A stretch of DNA of 64,000 nucleotides from an uncultured Chlorobiaceae bacterium. GTDB lineage: Bacteria; Bacteroidota; Chlorobiia; Chlorobiales; Chlorobiaceae. Within the stretch, counting starts at the first letter, position 1. Each line of letters begins with the position of its first letter. The stretch is taken from contig CAIRXW010000024.1 of NCBI GenBank assembly GCA_903882665.1, forward strand, positions 32,217 through 96,216. The letters run 5' to 3'. Both the position numbers and the translations under genes were made by a program. This document shows, in pieces, positions 1-9,994 of the stretch. The notes under the pieces are model-generated. The model made no database searches. It saw only the letters and a program-made list of their open reading frames with translations, and was not told where the DNA came from.

Positions 1-756
1 CTCTTCCGAATCCTTGATATGACCCTTGCGAGGGCGCGGAATGGGGATTGGAATATCATCGAGTACATAAGCCGGACGAGCAGAAAAAATAATGACGCGA
101 TCGGAAAGCAACACCGCTTCATCAATCTGATGCGTGACCATCACGACGGTTTTGCCCACCTTTTCGCACAGCTCAAGAAGCTCGTTCTGCATCAGTTCAC
201 GGGTGATGGCGTCCAGCGCAGCAAACGGCTCATCCAGCAGCAGCACCTCCGGGTCGCAGGCCAGTGCGCGTGCGAGGTTCACTCGCTGCTGCATTCCGCC
301 CGACAACTGGTGAGGGTAATGGTTTTCAAATCCGTTGAGTCGGATCAAATTCACATAATAGCTGGCCTTTTCTCTTGCCTCTGCCAGCTTCATGCCGCTC
401 AGTTCCAGCCCATAGGTGATATTTCGCCCCACCTTGCGCCAAGGCAGGAGTGAAGCCTTCTGAAACACAACAGCCCGATCCGTTCCCGGTCCGTTTACAA
501 TTCGGTCATTGACCCTGATTTCACCATGCTGGTGTTTGACCAGACCGGCAATGGCATTGAGAAAGGTGGACTTGCCGCAACCCGACAGCCCCACAATAGT
601 CACAAATTCCCCTTCCCGAATGTCAAGACTCACCCTATCGACCGCTACCAGGGTATGGCCACTCTGCTTGTCAAGGTAACCCACAACAATATTCTTGATA
701 GACAGCTTTACCGGACGGTTATCGTTCGCCAAATAACCTTGTGCGATACCACTCAT
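1..756 (-). CDS. ABC transporter ATP-binding subunit (nitrate/sulfonate/taurine-type); C-terminus lies outside the window
   Basis: Hand translation of the minus strand; it is absent from the ORF track because it runs off the window. ATG at 754-756, Walker A VTIVGLSGCGKST (~570-600), ABC signature LSGGMQQR (~281-310), Walker B LLLDEP (~229-250). Confidence 0.85.
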   Translation of the reverse strand, partial: MSGIAQGYLANDNRPVKLSIKNIVVGYLDKQSGHTLVAVDRVSLDIREGEFVTIVGLSGCGKSTFLNAIAGLVKHQHGEIRVNDRIVNGPGTDRAVVFQKASLLPWRKVGRNITYGLELSGMKLAEAREKASYYVNLIRLNGFENHYPHQLSGGMQQRVNLARALACDPEVLLLDEPFAALDAITRELMQNELLELCEKVGKTVVMVTHQIDEAVLLSDRVIIFSARPAYVLDDIPIPIPRPRKGHIKDSEE

Positions 757-805
757 TATTTTTATACCCGCATTTACAATGTGATTTGAACCCTCAAAGA
801 AAAAA

Positions 806-839
806 GCCGATTCTCGGACAGCAAGAATCGGCTTTTTGA
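806..839. terminator. Bidirectional rho-independent-like hairpin
   Basis: agccgattct (806-815) pairs with agaatcggct (825-834). It is flanked by an A-run upstream and a T-run downstream, so it reads as hairpin plus U-run on either strand. Confidence 0.5.
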
Positions 840-1286
840 TTACATTTTTTTTATAACCAGGCACTACATGGTGCCAAAAACTTTTCTAACTGTATGCACT
901 TGCCGACAACAACAACAAAAAGTGAGATGTGACATACCAGGTGATTTCATGACAACGGTTATTCTTTAATGGTTATATCAAGGAAATATTAATTGATATG
1001 ACTTTATGTGTTTAAAATCGACAATAACAAGCACTTTGTAAATCCCGTTTAAGCGGCATATTGCGTACCATAAACCGGTTATTCTCCAAATCCCTGCATA
1101 ACGATCTATTGAAAACGAAGCCATCTGCCGAAGCAAAAAAGCTCTTTAACGGTAGCCTCTCTTGTTTAAGATCATGGTGTCTGCTTTTTCCAGACAACAA
1201 TATCCAACAGCGTTTACTCTCAGGAAATCCCGCAAATGCGGTATTCTGTATGCCCTAAAAAGAGGAGAACTTTTTTGCTCATACTT

Positions 1287-2168
1287 TCATGACTGCTGCC
1301 CGCGCAACCTTGCAATACGCTCATCCAGAGTTGGATGGGTGGAAAATAACCTCCTGAGCCCCCGGCTCTGTCTGCCTGAAATTCCAAAGGCGGCAATCTG
1401 CTTGGGCAGAGCGGAGGGAAGCTGCTGCGCCTGTAACTTTTCAAGAGCGGCAATCATCTTCTCTCTGCCAGCCAGCACCGCAGCTCCGGCATCAGCACGG
1501 AACTCCCGCTGGCGTGAGAACCACATCACCACAACAGAGGCCCCTATGCCAAGCAAGATCTCTGCAACGATGCGGATGACAAAAAATGCCGGACCGGTAC
1601 CCCGTCTGGTGTCGAAGAAAAATTTGTCGACCGCATAACCGATAACACGTGAGAGAAAGACAACGAAGGTGTTCAGGACGCCTTGAATCAAGGTCAGCGT
1701 CACCATGTCGCCGTTAGTGATGTGCGACATCTCATGCGCCAGCACCCCTTCGGCCTCATCCCGGGTCATGGCATTAAGCAAACCAGAAGAGACCGCCACC
1801 AGCGAACGGTTTTTTGTCATCCCGGTAGCAAAGGCGTTGACTTCCGGCGAGTTGAATATGGCAACTTCCGGCATGGTGATGCCAACCCTCTGAGCCTGAT
1901 TTCTCACGGTATTAATAAGCCATTGCTCCGTTGCCGTGGCGGGGGTTTTAATCACAATAGCACCCGACATGCGCTTGGCTGACCATTTTGAAAGAGCCAG
2001 TGAGATAAACGCGCCGCCAAAACCGATGATTAAGGAAAAAGCCAGCAAGTTGCCGAGATCAAGGCCAGAGGCATTCAGATAGGGCTGTACTCCAAGGAGG
2101 CTCATAGTGACCGAGAGCACCAGCATAATGGCAAGGTTGGTCACAAGAAAGTAAAAGATGCGCTTCAT
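1287..2168 (-). CDS. htpX: Zn-dependent membrane protease HtpX (peptidase M48)
   Basis: ORF 1287..2342. The start is trimmed to the internal ATG (MKRIFYFLVTNLAIMLV, TM helices). HEXXH motif HEMSHITNGD, then further TM segments and a C-terminal FSTHPTLDERIARL. Confidence 0.9.
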   Translation of the reverse strand: MKRIFYFLVTNLAIMLVLSVTMSLLGVQPYLNASGLDLGNLLAFSLIIGFGGAFISLALSKWSAKRMSGAIVIKTPATATEQWLINTVRNQAQRVGITMPEVAIFNSPEVNAFATGMTKNRSLVAVSSGLLNAMTRDEAEGVLAHEMSHITNGDMVTLTLIQGVLNTFVVFLSRVIGYAVDKFFFDTRRGTGPAFFVIRIVAEILLGIGASVVVMWFSRQREFRADAGAAVLAGREKMIAALEKLQAQQLPSALPKQIAAFGISGRQSRGLRRLFSTHPTLDERIARLRGQQS

Positions 2169-2340
2169 ATTTTTCTCCAGCAAGTTATGGGTATTGATTT
2201 TGGCGATGTGCTGCAACAGAAATTTCACAAAATTACCATAAAATTTGGCCGCAGCAAAGAGGAGGAGATGAATGACTCTTTTGTCATGATTATGTATATT
2301 GGTGCTATATGTTTTCATGACCTTTAACCCTGTAACAGCC

Positions 2341-2802
2341 ATGATCGCCAGAATTCAGACGCTTTACCTTTTTCTTGTCGCTCTGCTTGCTGCATTGAGC
2401 ATGATGTTCCCTTTCTGGAGTTTCAGTACCACAAAACTATATTTCATCACCGATTTCTCTTCCTTCCCCGATGCAGGAATCTTGCAAGTCACCAGCAACT
2501 ATGCTGCAGCTATCTTCTCTCCCCTCACCGCTATCGTCGCAATTGCAGCCATCTTTCTCTATAAAAAAAGAGAACTTCAGCAGAAACTTATTCTGCTTGG
2601 TATGCTTTTCTTCCTTGGCGACCTGCTTTCGGGCCTTGCCGCTGCACATTTCCTGAACCAGTATTTGTGCACCTGCATTGCGTTCACCCACAAACCTGAA
2701 GCAGGTTTATTCATCCTTCTGCCGGAGCCGGTACTCCTCTGGATGGCGCTGAAAGGGGTTAAAAAGGATGACAAGATTGCCAACGCATACAAACGGCTCT
2801 GA
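2341..2802 (+). CDS. Multi-pass membrane protein, DUF4293-like
   Basis: ORF 2299..2802, with the likely start at ATG 2341 (MIARIQTLYLFLVALLAAL...). There are about five hydrophobic helices. The N-terminal MIxRIQTLYL pattern recalls DUF4293 of Bacteroidota/Chlorobiota. Confidence 0.6.
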   Translation: MIARIQTLYLFLVALLAALSMMFPFWSFSTTKLYFITDFSSFPDAGILQVTSNYAAAIFSPLTAIVAIAAIFLYKKRELQQKLILLGMLFFLGDLLSGLAAAHFLNQYLCTCIAFTHKPEAGLFILLPEPVLLWMALKGVKKDDKIANAYKRL

Positions 2803-2805
2803 ACG

Positions 2806-3804
2806 ATGCGCATTGTCTGGTCAATCGGTGACCCTCACGGCATCGGGCCGGAAATTATACTGAAAAGCTTTCTGAAGCTTGAGGGCTCCGCCCACTCCTT
2901 TCTTGTCGCCGGATCATACCGCGTGATGGAGTATTACCGGAATGCGCTCGATCTTCCGGTAATACTGGAACTGGTCGAAAGCAAGACGACTCCGTCACGG
3001 CAAGGCGTTCTGCCTGTGCTAAGCATTGCGGAACCGGAGAGCATCATACCCGGTACCCTCTCGGCTGAGGCAGGAAGAATCGCCCTGGAGTCGCTCCGTG
3101 CGGCGGCTGAACTCTGCCGCGAAGGAGTTTGCGACGCACTCATCACCGCTCCGATCAACAAGGAGTCGATTACACTGGCAGGCTCCAGCGAAAAAGGGCA
3201 TACGGGATTTCTCGGACGGATGTTCGCGGTTCCCTCCCCCACCATGATGTTCTATGACCCGGTCACGGAGCTCAAAGTCGCCCTTGCCACAATTCATGAG
3301 CCACTTGCCGAGGTTCCCGACCTTATCCGAACAATGGATCTTGACGCATTTCTCTCGGCACTGGCCCTCTCACTGAAAAGCGATTTCGCCATAGCAGAGC
3401 CCCGCATTGCCCTGCTCGGCCTCAACCCTCACGCCTCCGACGGCGGGGTGATGGGCTCCGAAGAGCAGGAGATTATCCGCCCCTGCATCGAAAGGCTTTC
3501 AGAAAGGCTCAACGTAGAAGGGCCCTTCCCGGCCGACGGCTTTTTCGGCTCAAAAATGTACCGTAACTATGATATTGTTGTGGCAATGTATCACGACCAG
3601 GGGCTGCTCCCCTTCAAGGTGCTCGCCTTCGACACCGGAGTAAACGTCACCCTTGGCCTGCCGATTGTGCGAACATCACCCGACCACGGCACCGGCTTTG
3701 CCATTGCCGGAAAAGGAGTCGCCTCCGAAAGAAGTTGTTATGAAGCAACCCTGCTTGCCATAACCATCGCCCGGAACAGAAAAAAAATAGAACCAGAGCT
3801 ATGA
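2806..3804 (+). CDS. pdxA: 4-hydroxythreonine-4-phosphate dehydrogenase
   Basis: 332 aa. Motifs: GDPHGIGPEII, ITAPINKES, GHTGFL, LNPHASDGG, AMYHDQGL, RTSPDHGTGFAIAG. Confidence 0.9.
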   Translation: MRIVWSIGDPHGIGPEIILKSFLKLEGSAHSFLVAGSYRVMEYYRNALDLPVILELVESKTTPSRQGVLPVLSIAEPESIIPGTLSAEAGRIALESLRAAAELCREGVCDALITAPINKESITLAGSSEKGHTGFLGRMFAVPSPTMMFYDPVTELKVALATIHEPLAEVPDLIRTMDLDAFLSALALSLKSDFAIAEPRIALLGLNPHASDGGVMGSEEQEIIRPCIERLSERLNVEGPFPADGFFGSKMYRNYDIVVAMYHDQGLLPFKVLAFDTGVNVTLGLPIVRTSPDHGTGFAIAGKGVASERSCYEATLLAITIARNRKKIEPEL

Positions 3805-4505
3805 TCTCCTTCATCAACGTTGACCTTGAACTCGATAAAAAACCGGTTTTCAAAAACCTCAACCTGACCATCGAGCCCGGAGAGCTGCTCTATATTGTCG
3901 GCAAAAGCGGTAGCGGTAAATCAACACTGCTCAAGTCGCTCTACATGGATGTGCGCCCGAAAAAGGGGGAGATACGTATTGCCGGATACAGCTCACGCAC
4001 CATCAAAAAGCGGCAGATCCCCTACCTGCGCCGCAAGCTCGGGATTGTCTTCCAGGATTTCCGACTGCTCGAAGACCGCAACGTCTACGATAATCTCGCT
4101 TTTGTACTGAAGGTTACCGGCACAAAAGACGCACTCATCCCGGCAAAGGTAATGCACGCGCTCGAAAGCGTCGGCCTTGAACATGCTGCGAAACTGATGC
4201 CCCTCTGCGTGTCAGGAGGAGAGCAGCAGAGAATCTCCATCGCCCGAGCACTGGTGCGCGAACCCATCGTCATCCTTGCCGACGAACCAACCGGCAACCT
4301 CGACCCCGACACCTCGCTCGAAATTCTCGACTACCTGAAACGAATTCACCAAAAAGGGATCACCGTCATCATCGGCACCCACGACTACGAACTGGTGCGC
4401 CACTCCCCTGCCAGAACGTTGCAGATCAAGGATTTGAACCTGGTGGAGAGCACCATGGAGCACTCGGCTACAGGGTTCAGGCCAACGGTAGCATTACTGG
4501 CTTGA
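3801..4505 (+). CDS. ftsE: Cell-division-type ABC ATPase FtsE-like
   Basis: 234 aa. Walker [10 protein letters not shown], signature [15 protein letters not shown], Walker [13 protein letters not shown]. There is a 4-nt overlap with pdxA. No ftsX lies adjacent. Confidence 0.8.
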   Translation: MISFINVDLELDKKPVFKNLNLTIEPGELLYIVGKSGSGKSTLLKSLYMDVRPKKGEIRIAGYSSRTIKKRQIPYLRRKLGIVFQDFRLLEDRNVYDNLAFVLKVTGTKDALIPAKVMHALESVGLEHAAKLMPLCVSGGEQQRISIARALVREPIVILADEPTGNLDPDTSLEILDYLKRIHQKGITVIIGTHDYELVRHSPARTLQIKDLNLVESTMEHSATGFRPTVALLA

Positions 4506-4525
4506 CACCTGGGGCGGTTGAGCGG

Positions 4526-4780
4526 TTATAGGTAACGTTCCAACCCGTCAGGAGCAAGGTCTTCTCCTTCTGGCCAGCATATACCGCCAATCGGGTCGAT
4601 ACTGACTTGACGAAAATACCTCTCCTGACGCAAGCGCCAATAGGCATCGCGACTTTGTATCAACGCTTCGAGATTCAGGGTTAGCTCCTGACCATTCGTA
4701 AGTCTGACTTTCAATCTCAGGCCTGAAAGTGGCAACACTTCTACAACCTGCACCCATGGTGTTTCAAGCAGTGAGTTCAT
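4526..4780 (-). CDS. DUF2442 family small protein
   Basis: 84 aa. The pattern ...LRLKVRLTNGQELTLNL...ICWPEGEDLAPDGLE is typical of DUF2442. Confidence 0.75.
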   Translation of the reverse strand: MNSLLETPWVQVVEVLPLSGLRLKVRLTNGQELTLNLEALIQSRDAYWRLRQERYFRQVSIDPIGGICWPEGEDLAPDGLERYL

Positions 4781-4865
4781 TCCACTTTATCATTAAATCC
4801 TCTTAATTACTCAAAATAAAGTTTTTTATTTTGCGCAGTTGTGCTGTCGGCATCTGGCCAGCGCA

Positions 4866-5168
4866 TAAGTCGCCACTCTCCAGACTGAACGAACCGGCAT
4901 AATCACCAGCAATTTCAGATTTGAAAATGCGAAATACAATTTTATCAATGTCAAAACGGGTTTCGATGTAACGGAGGCCGTTCAGGTTTCGGCCACTCTC
5001 AGCGATGCAAAAACGCGTCACCGGGAGCTTCGCGGCCTGACGGAGTGCTGCAACAAGTTCGGTTTACTCAGTGGCCTGATTATCACACTCAACGGATCGG
5101 AAGAGTTTGAGCATCATGGAATAGCCGTTACGGTCATGCCGCTCTACCGATGGCTGTTGCAAAAATAA
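4866..5168 (+). pseudogene. C-terminal remnant of an AAA+ ATPase with DUF4143 domain
   Basis: Hand translation gives ...FINVKTGFDVTEAVQVSATLSDAKTRHRELRGLTECCNKFGLLSGLIITLNGSEEFEHHGIAVTVMPLYRWLLQK*. This matches the conserved C-terminus of DUF4143 ATPases. No N-terminal ATPase part is present. Confidence 0.6.
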
Positions 5169-5244
5169 GCCGCGTTTATTGGTATACGTATCATTCCAAC
5201 CAGTCAGAAGTAAGGTGTTCACCTTCGGGCCAGCTTAATGTGGT

Positions 5245-5520
5245 TTATGCCTGTTCAGCCGTGACCTTTTCAGCGCCTTGTTCAACCATTTTTTCATACA
5301 GGTACTCTGGAGCGAGGTCTGCGTCATTTTCCCACCTGATGGTATGGACAACGTCAGATACTTCAAATTTCCTGAAGGTGTTGTAATCTTTCAGTTTTTC
5401 AAACATAGCGCCCCAAAGAGCCTCCTTCAGGTCGACCACCCCGCTTGCACCATTGTTAAAGGTAATATCTATCCGATACTCTTCGATGTATTCAGCCTTG
5501 GTAACTTCTAACATAATCAT
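5245..5520 (-). CDS. DUF2442 family small protein
   Basis: 91 aa. ...YRIDITFNNGASGVVDL...IRWENDADLAPEYLY. It lies immediately downstream of the DUF4160 gene. Confidence 0.8.
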   Translation of the reverse strand: MIMLEVTKAEYIEEYRIDITFNNGASGVVDLKEALWGAMFEKLKDYNTFRKFEVSDVVHTIRWENDADLAPEYLYEKMVEQGAEKVTAEQA

Positions 5521-5778
5521 TTACTCCAATGGCGGGATTTTATTTAAAGGTTCATGCCTTTCTGCCAGATTCCAGTCTTCAAGAAGATTGTCTTTGTAAA
5601 TCTCATACCATTCCATCAACGAGTGAAGGGCACGCTTTGGAAAACGGCCATCAACTATTCCTGAAAGAATTTCAACGATAACTTTGTAGTCGCCATATTG
5701 GGCGTGAAAATGAGGCGGGCTGTGATCATTGTATAGCATAGTGATGATTATTCCAAGAAATCTGCTCAGTTCCGGCAC
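5521..5778 (-). CDS. DUF4160 family small protein
   Basis: 85 aa. MPELSRFLGIIITMLYNDHSPPHFHAQYGDYKV is the canonical DUF4160 N-terminus. It abuts the DUF2442 gene, a two-gene TA-like cassette. Confidence 0.8.
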   Translation of the reverse strand: MPELSRFLGIIITMLYNDHSPPHFHAQYGDYKVIVEILSGIVDGRFPKRALHSLMEWYEIYKDNLLEDWNLAERHEPLNKIPPLE

Positions 5779-5893
5779 GTTTCTCCTTTTCTCTTTTCAT
5801 TTAAAACCAGCAATAATACCACAGATTACCCTCTCTCGACTGTTTGAACAACGTTACCGTTGACCTCTTGAACAGGGTTCGCTTTGTAAAAAA

Positions 5894-5940
5894 ACAGCTT
5901 TTCGAAGTATAATAAACAATTTCAGGCCATCAAAACAGAT
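5894..5940. repeat. 47-bp direct repeat, copy A (partner at 28388..28434)
   Basis: acagcttttcgaagtataataaacaatttcaggccatcaaaacagat versus actgcttttaggagtataacaaacaatttcaggccatcaaaacagat. There are 5 mismatches in 47 by hand alignment. Confidence 0.75.
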
Positions 5941-6190
5941 GACAACACGCTCTAACCCGGCATCAATCATTTGGTTCGTCGATCACTCTTCCCCTCCAAC
6001 TAAAAAACTTCCTCACAGGAAGGAAAACTTTTGATATTTCTTCCTTCCCGGAAAGACAGGAGCTTTACAGGCCGGGACGGGATGACAAAAAAAGGCAACA
6101 GAGAGAAAACCGCTGAAAAAGCTGTAACTTCACGCCCAAAACAGGCCCGCTTCCGGCGGCGCTTTTTCCTTTAAAATCAATCGTGCACTT

Positions 6191-7636
6191 TTGGCTCTCG
6201 ACTACACCACCCTGAACCTGCTCCGTCAGAACCATCCTGCGTGGCGACTCTTGTGCGCCCAGTACGCGCCGCTGGTGGCCGGGTTTCTGCACCGGGTCTT
6301 TATTGTGCCCAATGTGCGGATTCTCTCGCAGGCCGATCTGGTTGAGTCGCTGGAGGATGAGCTTTTTTCCCTGCGCCAGCAGCTCGGTGCCGACCAGTTT
6401 CCCGGTACGGCGCAAAGCTACCTGAACGATTGGGCCGACAACGACAAGGGGTGGCTGCGCAAATTCTATCCGGACGGGACGGATGAACCTCACTTTGATC
6501 TGACGGCCTCCACTGAAAAGGCGCTGGCCTGGCTGGAGGGGTTGGCCGAGCGTGCTTTTGTGGGCACGGAGTCGCGACTGCTCACCCTCTTTGAACTGTT
6601 GCGTCAGATGAGCATGGGAAGTCAGGCCGATCCTGAAGTACGGATTGCGGAGCTGCAAAAGCGGCGTGACGATATTGATGCCGAAATTGCCCGAATCCGC
6701 GACGGAGAGATATCGCTGCTTGACGATACCGGACTGAAAGATCGCTTTCAGCAATTTCTGCAATTGGCCCGTGAGTTGCTGACCGATTTCCGTGAGGTGG
6801 AGCACAACTTTCGCACCCTAGACCGCCGCGTGCGTGAGCGCATTGCCCTCTGGGAGGGGGCCAAGGGGGCGCTGCTGGAGCAGATCATGGGTGAGCGTGA
6901 TGCCATTGCGGATTCGGATCAGGGAAAAAGCTTCCGGGCATTCTGGGATTTTCTCATGTCGCAGTCACGCCAGGAGGAGCTGAGCCTGCTGCTCGAAGAG
7001 GTTCTCGCCTTGCCGCCGATAGTCTCGATGCGCCCCGACAGCCGCCTGCGGCGCGTTCACTACGACTGGCTGGAGGCTGGAGAGCATACCCAGCGCACGG
7101 TGGCACGCCTCTCAGAACAGTTGCGCCGCTTTCTTGATGACAAGGCGTGGCTTGAGAATCGGCGCATCATGGATATTCTGCACGGAATTGAAAGCCAGGC
7201 CCTTGAGTTGCGCGAAGGCTCCCCTTCTGGCGTCTTTCTCTCTCTTGACGGCTCTGCGGCGGCCATCGAGCTCCCTTTCGAAAGAGGCTTGTATCGCGCT
7301 CCCTTCAAGCCCTTGATTGCCGGTATCGCCCTTGATGAGGGGGATGCGGAGATTGATACCGCCGCGCTCTACGCCCAGATCGTGGTTGACCAGGCGGAGC
7401 TGCTGCGAAATATCCGTCTGGAACTTCAGATGCGCATCCAGGTCACCCTTGGGGAGGTGATTGCGCGTCACCCGCTGCGGAACGGTCTGGCCGAGCTGGT
7501 GGCCTATCTGCAACTTGCCGGGGAAAAGTTCAAGACGACGGTGGATGAAACAACTGAAGAAGAGGTGCAATGGGAGAGCGAAACGGGTGTCACCCGCCGC
7601 GCAACCTTGCAGCGTATTATTATTATGAGAAACTGA
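6191..7636 (+). CDS. jetA: Wadjet JetA (DUF3375, MksF-like kleisin subunit)
   Basis: 481 aa with a TTG start. Motifs: HPAWRLL, GTESRLLTLFELLRQM, DFREVEHNFRTLDRRVRERIALWEG, SDQGKSFRAFWDFLMSQSRQEEL, LSEQLRRFLDDKAWLENRRI. Confidence 0.9.
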   Translation: MALDYTTLNLLRQNHPAWRLLCAQYAPLVAGFLHRVFIVPNVRILSQADLVESLEDELFSLRQQLGADQFPGTAQSYLNDWADNDKGWLRKFYPDGTDEPHFDLTASTEKALAWLEGLAERAFVGTESRLLTLFELLRQMSMGSQADPEVRIAELQKRRDDIDAEIARIRDGEISLLDDTGLKDRFQQFLQLARELLTDFREVEHNFRTLDRRVRERIALWEGAKGALLEQIMGERDAIADSDQGKSFRAFWDFLMSQSRQEELSLLLEEVLALPPIVSMRPDSRLRRVHYDWLEAGEHTQRTVARLSEQLRRFLDDKAWLENRRIMDILHGIESQALELREGSPSGVFLSLDGSAAAIELPFERGLYRAPFKPLIAGIALDEGDAEIDTAALYAQIVVDQAELLRNIRLELQMRIQVTLGEVIARHPLRNGLAELVAYLQLAGEKFKTTVDETTEEEVQWESETGVTRRATLQRIIIMRN

Positions 7637-8271
7637 TGATGAACCATACCGAGATTGAAACCGGCCGTTTAAACTCTCCGGCCCAGGAGCTCTCCTCTCT
7701 CGTGATTCCCCTGTTGAAAGGGGTGATCTATCAGGAGCAGAGCCCGGCCTTGTGGGGCTCTTTGCTCAACCTGATGGCCGCCGTGCGCGATTACGTGGCG
7801 GTGCTTGGGCTGGAGTTGATCCTTGATGAGTCGGAAGGATATGCCTTTTTGCGTTCACGCAGTGAGGGCGAAACGGAGGGGACGAACAGCACACTCCGCC
7901 TGATGGCACGCCGCCAGCTCTCCTACCCGGTCAGCCTGCTGCTGGCACTGCTGCGCAAAAAGCTGGCCGAATTTGATGCGGGTGCTGGCGACACACGCCT
8001 GATTCTTTCACGGGATGAGGTGGTGGAGCTGATCCGCATTTTTCTCCCCCCCACCAGCAATGAGGTGAAGCTGATCGACCAGGTTGATGCCACGCTGAAT
8101 AAAATCGCCGATCTTGGTTTTATCCGCCGGTTGCGGGGAGAGCGGCAGATGATTGAAGTGCGCCGGATTATCAAAGCCTTTATCGACGCCCAGTGGCTGT
8201 CCGATTTTGATCAACGAATGGCCGAATACCGGCAGCAACTTTCGCAACCGTTGGAGAAAAGTGATGAGTGA
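7636..8271 (+). CDS. jetB: Wadjet JetB (DUF4194, MksE-like)
   Basis: ORF 7570..8271. The start ATG 7636 overlaps the jetA TGA (TGATG). Motifs: LLKGVIY, VLGLELILDESEGYAFLR, RRQLSYPVSLLLALLRKKL, EVRRIIKAFIDAQWL. Confidence 0.9.
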   Translation: MMNHTEIETGRLNSPAQELSSLVIPLLKGVIYQEQSPALWGSLLNLMAAVRDYVAVLGLELILDESEGYAFLRSRSEGETEGTNSTLRLMARRQLSYPVSLLLALLRKKLAEFDAGAGDTRLILSRDEVVELIRIFLPPTSNEVKLIDQVDATLNKIADLGFIRRLRGERQMIEVRRIIKAFIDAQWLSDFDQRMAEYRQQLSQPLEKSDE

Positions 8272-8370
8272 GGCGCTTGAAATGGGATTTATTGCCGATG
8301 ACCGTCTGGCCGGATTTCGCCTGCAACGGCTTGAGATATTCAACTGGGGCACCTTCGACGGGCGGGTCTG
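8185..8370. repeat. Left copy of the 186-bp duplicated jetB-3'/jetC-5' junction (partner at 10470..10655)
   Basis: Hand alignment. The 88-nt jetB-tail part has 19 mismatches. The 98-nt jetC-head part has only 4 mismatches. Confidence 0.85.
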
Positions 8371-8404
8371 CCAGTGTACGTATTTGTGGAAATATCACCA
8401 ATAA
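8264..8404 (+). pseudogene. Orphan 5' stub of jetC (first ~35 codons), truncated at the insertion junction
   Basis: [35 protein letters not shown] then runs into unrelated sequence (CQCTYLWKYHQ*). Compare the intact JetC N-terminus [36 protein letters not shown] at 10549. Confidence 0.85.
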
Positions 8405-8624
8405 AGCGCATTTTTTCTTTATTTAATGCGTAAACTTAAAGCTTATATCGACAATTTGAAGTAAAAGCGTTTTTTCACTGCACGAACATGTCAGGTTTAC
8501 AACTCAAACTCAGTCACGTTTTGTCTAGTGACCGAGAAACGCCTCACTTTTACGAAAGAATTAAATATATAATAAATTAGATTGAAGCTTTACCAAAATT
8601 GTTAGCCGAATAGGAATATTAATT

Positions 8625-9341
8625 ATGCCTTTAATTGCGTGCCCTGAATGCGGTAAAGAAATGTCACAAGTCGCACAGTCATGTCCAAACTGTGGCAAAC
8701 AGAACGCAAATGTTATGCAAAGAAAGCGATATGTAAGATTTTTTTGGCTTGGCACTGGAATTTTTTTATTTCCAATAATATTTTCATGGTTTACTCTACG
8801 TAAAGGTTATTCAATAACAGCAAGGGTTATTTCTATCTCATGGTTAGTACTTTTTTATTTGGTTTTTTTTAACACAAAAAATGTTCACACTCCAAAAGAA
8901 ATGCCAGATAATCAGCACGTTCAATTGGATTCTTCAGGTTACAAATACTTCGTTGAACAACCTAAAGCAACGGAACTTGCTAAAGCTCAGCTTAAAGAGA
9001 GTCCTGCTTACAAAGACTATTCGGCCGATGCAAATACAGCACTTCTGATTGAAGTTAAGGAACGACTGAAAGCTCCAAGTGGTGCTGATTTTCCTTGGGA
9101 TGATTTACCAAAAGAAGTAACAACGAAAGGAGTAAAGCTTTCTGATATGAGCCCTTATTTACATAAAGTCATAAAGGAAGCTCGAAAACTAAAAAAAGAA
9201 GATAATGTTCGAGTGTATCAAAAAAATTCTTATGTAGATGCTGAAAATTCATTTGGTGCTAAAATTCGTCAGCGCTATTTAGGAACTTTTATAATCTACA
9301 CTGAATTTGGATATACAAAATCGTTTATTGAGTTCTATTAG
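8625..9341 (+). CDS. Zinc-ribbon membrane protein, function unknown
   Basis: 238 aa. N-terminal CPECG...CPNCG zinc ribbon, two hydrophobic helices (FFWLGTGIFLFPIIFSWF, VISISWLVLFYLVFF), then a ~150-aa soluble domain. Strongly AT-rich. Confidence 0.6.
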   Translation: MPLIACPECGKEMSQVAQSCPNCGKQNANVMQRKRYVRFFWLGTGIFLFPIIFSWFTLRKGYSITARVISISWLVLFYLVFFNTKNVHTPKEMPDNQHVQLDSSGYKYFVEQPKATELAKAQLKESPAYKDYSADANTALLIEVKERLKAPSGADFPWDDLPKEVTTKGVKLSDMSPYLHKVIKEARKLKKEDNVRVYQKNSYVDAENSFGAKIRQRYLGTFIIYTEFGYTKSFIEFY

Positions 9342-9444
9342 GGACTTAGCAGGGTGACGTAAATAAAAATGCGGATTCTCGGGATTACGTCGCCGGGAAG
9401 CTGGACAAAAGAACTCATTTTGTCTTAAATTTGAATAAAATAAC

Positions 9445-9888
9445 ATGTCCAAAATTATTTTTTTGATTCCTGTACTGCTGATAGTAATAATGATTATACT
9501 ACTATTACCTTTTCATAATTATATTTCACAATTAAAGAATGACGAACTACAACAATGGATTGCATGTATTTATGCTTTTACAGCCATCTTAAGCTTTTGT
9601 TCTTTTATTGGTGTCATCTATACTGTTCACATTCAATTCAATGAACTACAATTATCCAGAAAAACCCAAGAGAAACAGACAGATTATGCTCGGTTGAATG
9701 CTTTAACTATATTAAACGAATATTATCGAACTGAATATAAGCGTCGAGAGATCATAATCGAATCATTACAAGGTATGGAGGGACAAAAAAATGCAATAAA
9801 CAATAACTTAGATACAGAAGATTTATACAAAGAAACTATAACGGAAATTAAAAAGTATCACTCTACACTTTGCAAATCTAAAACATAA
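9445..9888 (+). CDS. Membrane protein with C-terminal charged/coiled region, function unknown
   Basis: 147 aa. Two N-terminal TM helices (IIFLIPVLLIVIMIILLL; IYAFTAILSFCSFIGVIYTV) followed by a K/E/Q-rich tail. Confidence 0.5.
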   Translation: MSKIIFLIPVLLIVIMIILLLPFHNYISQLKNDELQQWIACIYAFTAILSFCSFIGVIYTVHIQFNELQLSRKTQEKQTDYARLNALTILNEYYRTEYKRREIIIESLQGMEGQKNAINNNLDTEDLYKETITEIKKYHSTLCKSKT

Positions 9889-9994
9889 TTTTTTATGTTG
9901 ACTATTATTTGAGGTCGCTTCAGAAAACGGATTTTAATACCTTATAAAATAATTTATGAATTGACATGATCAAATTTCATTAAATTTTTGCAAT

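Noticed and set aside
1012-1638. Several 60-160-aa ORFs downstream of and overlapping the htpX 3' end
   Set aside because: They overlap each other and htpX, and have no motifs. The region 840-1286 appears to be non-coding.
6065-6805. 246-aa minus-strand ORF overlapping the jetA 5' region
   Set aside because: It is antisense to JetA (DUF3375 motifs on the plus strand). The GC-rich DNA there gives long stop-free antisense frames.
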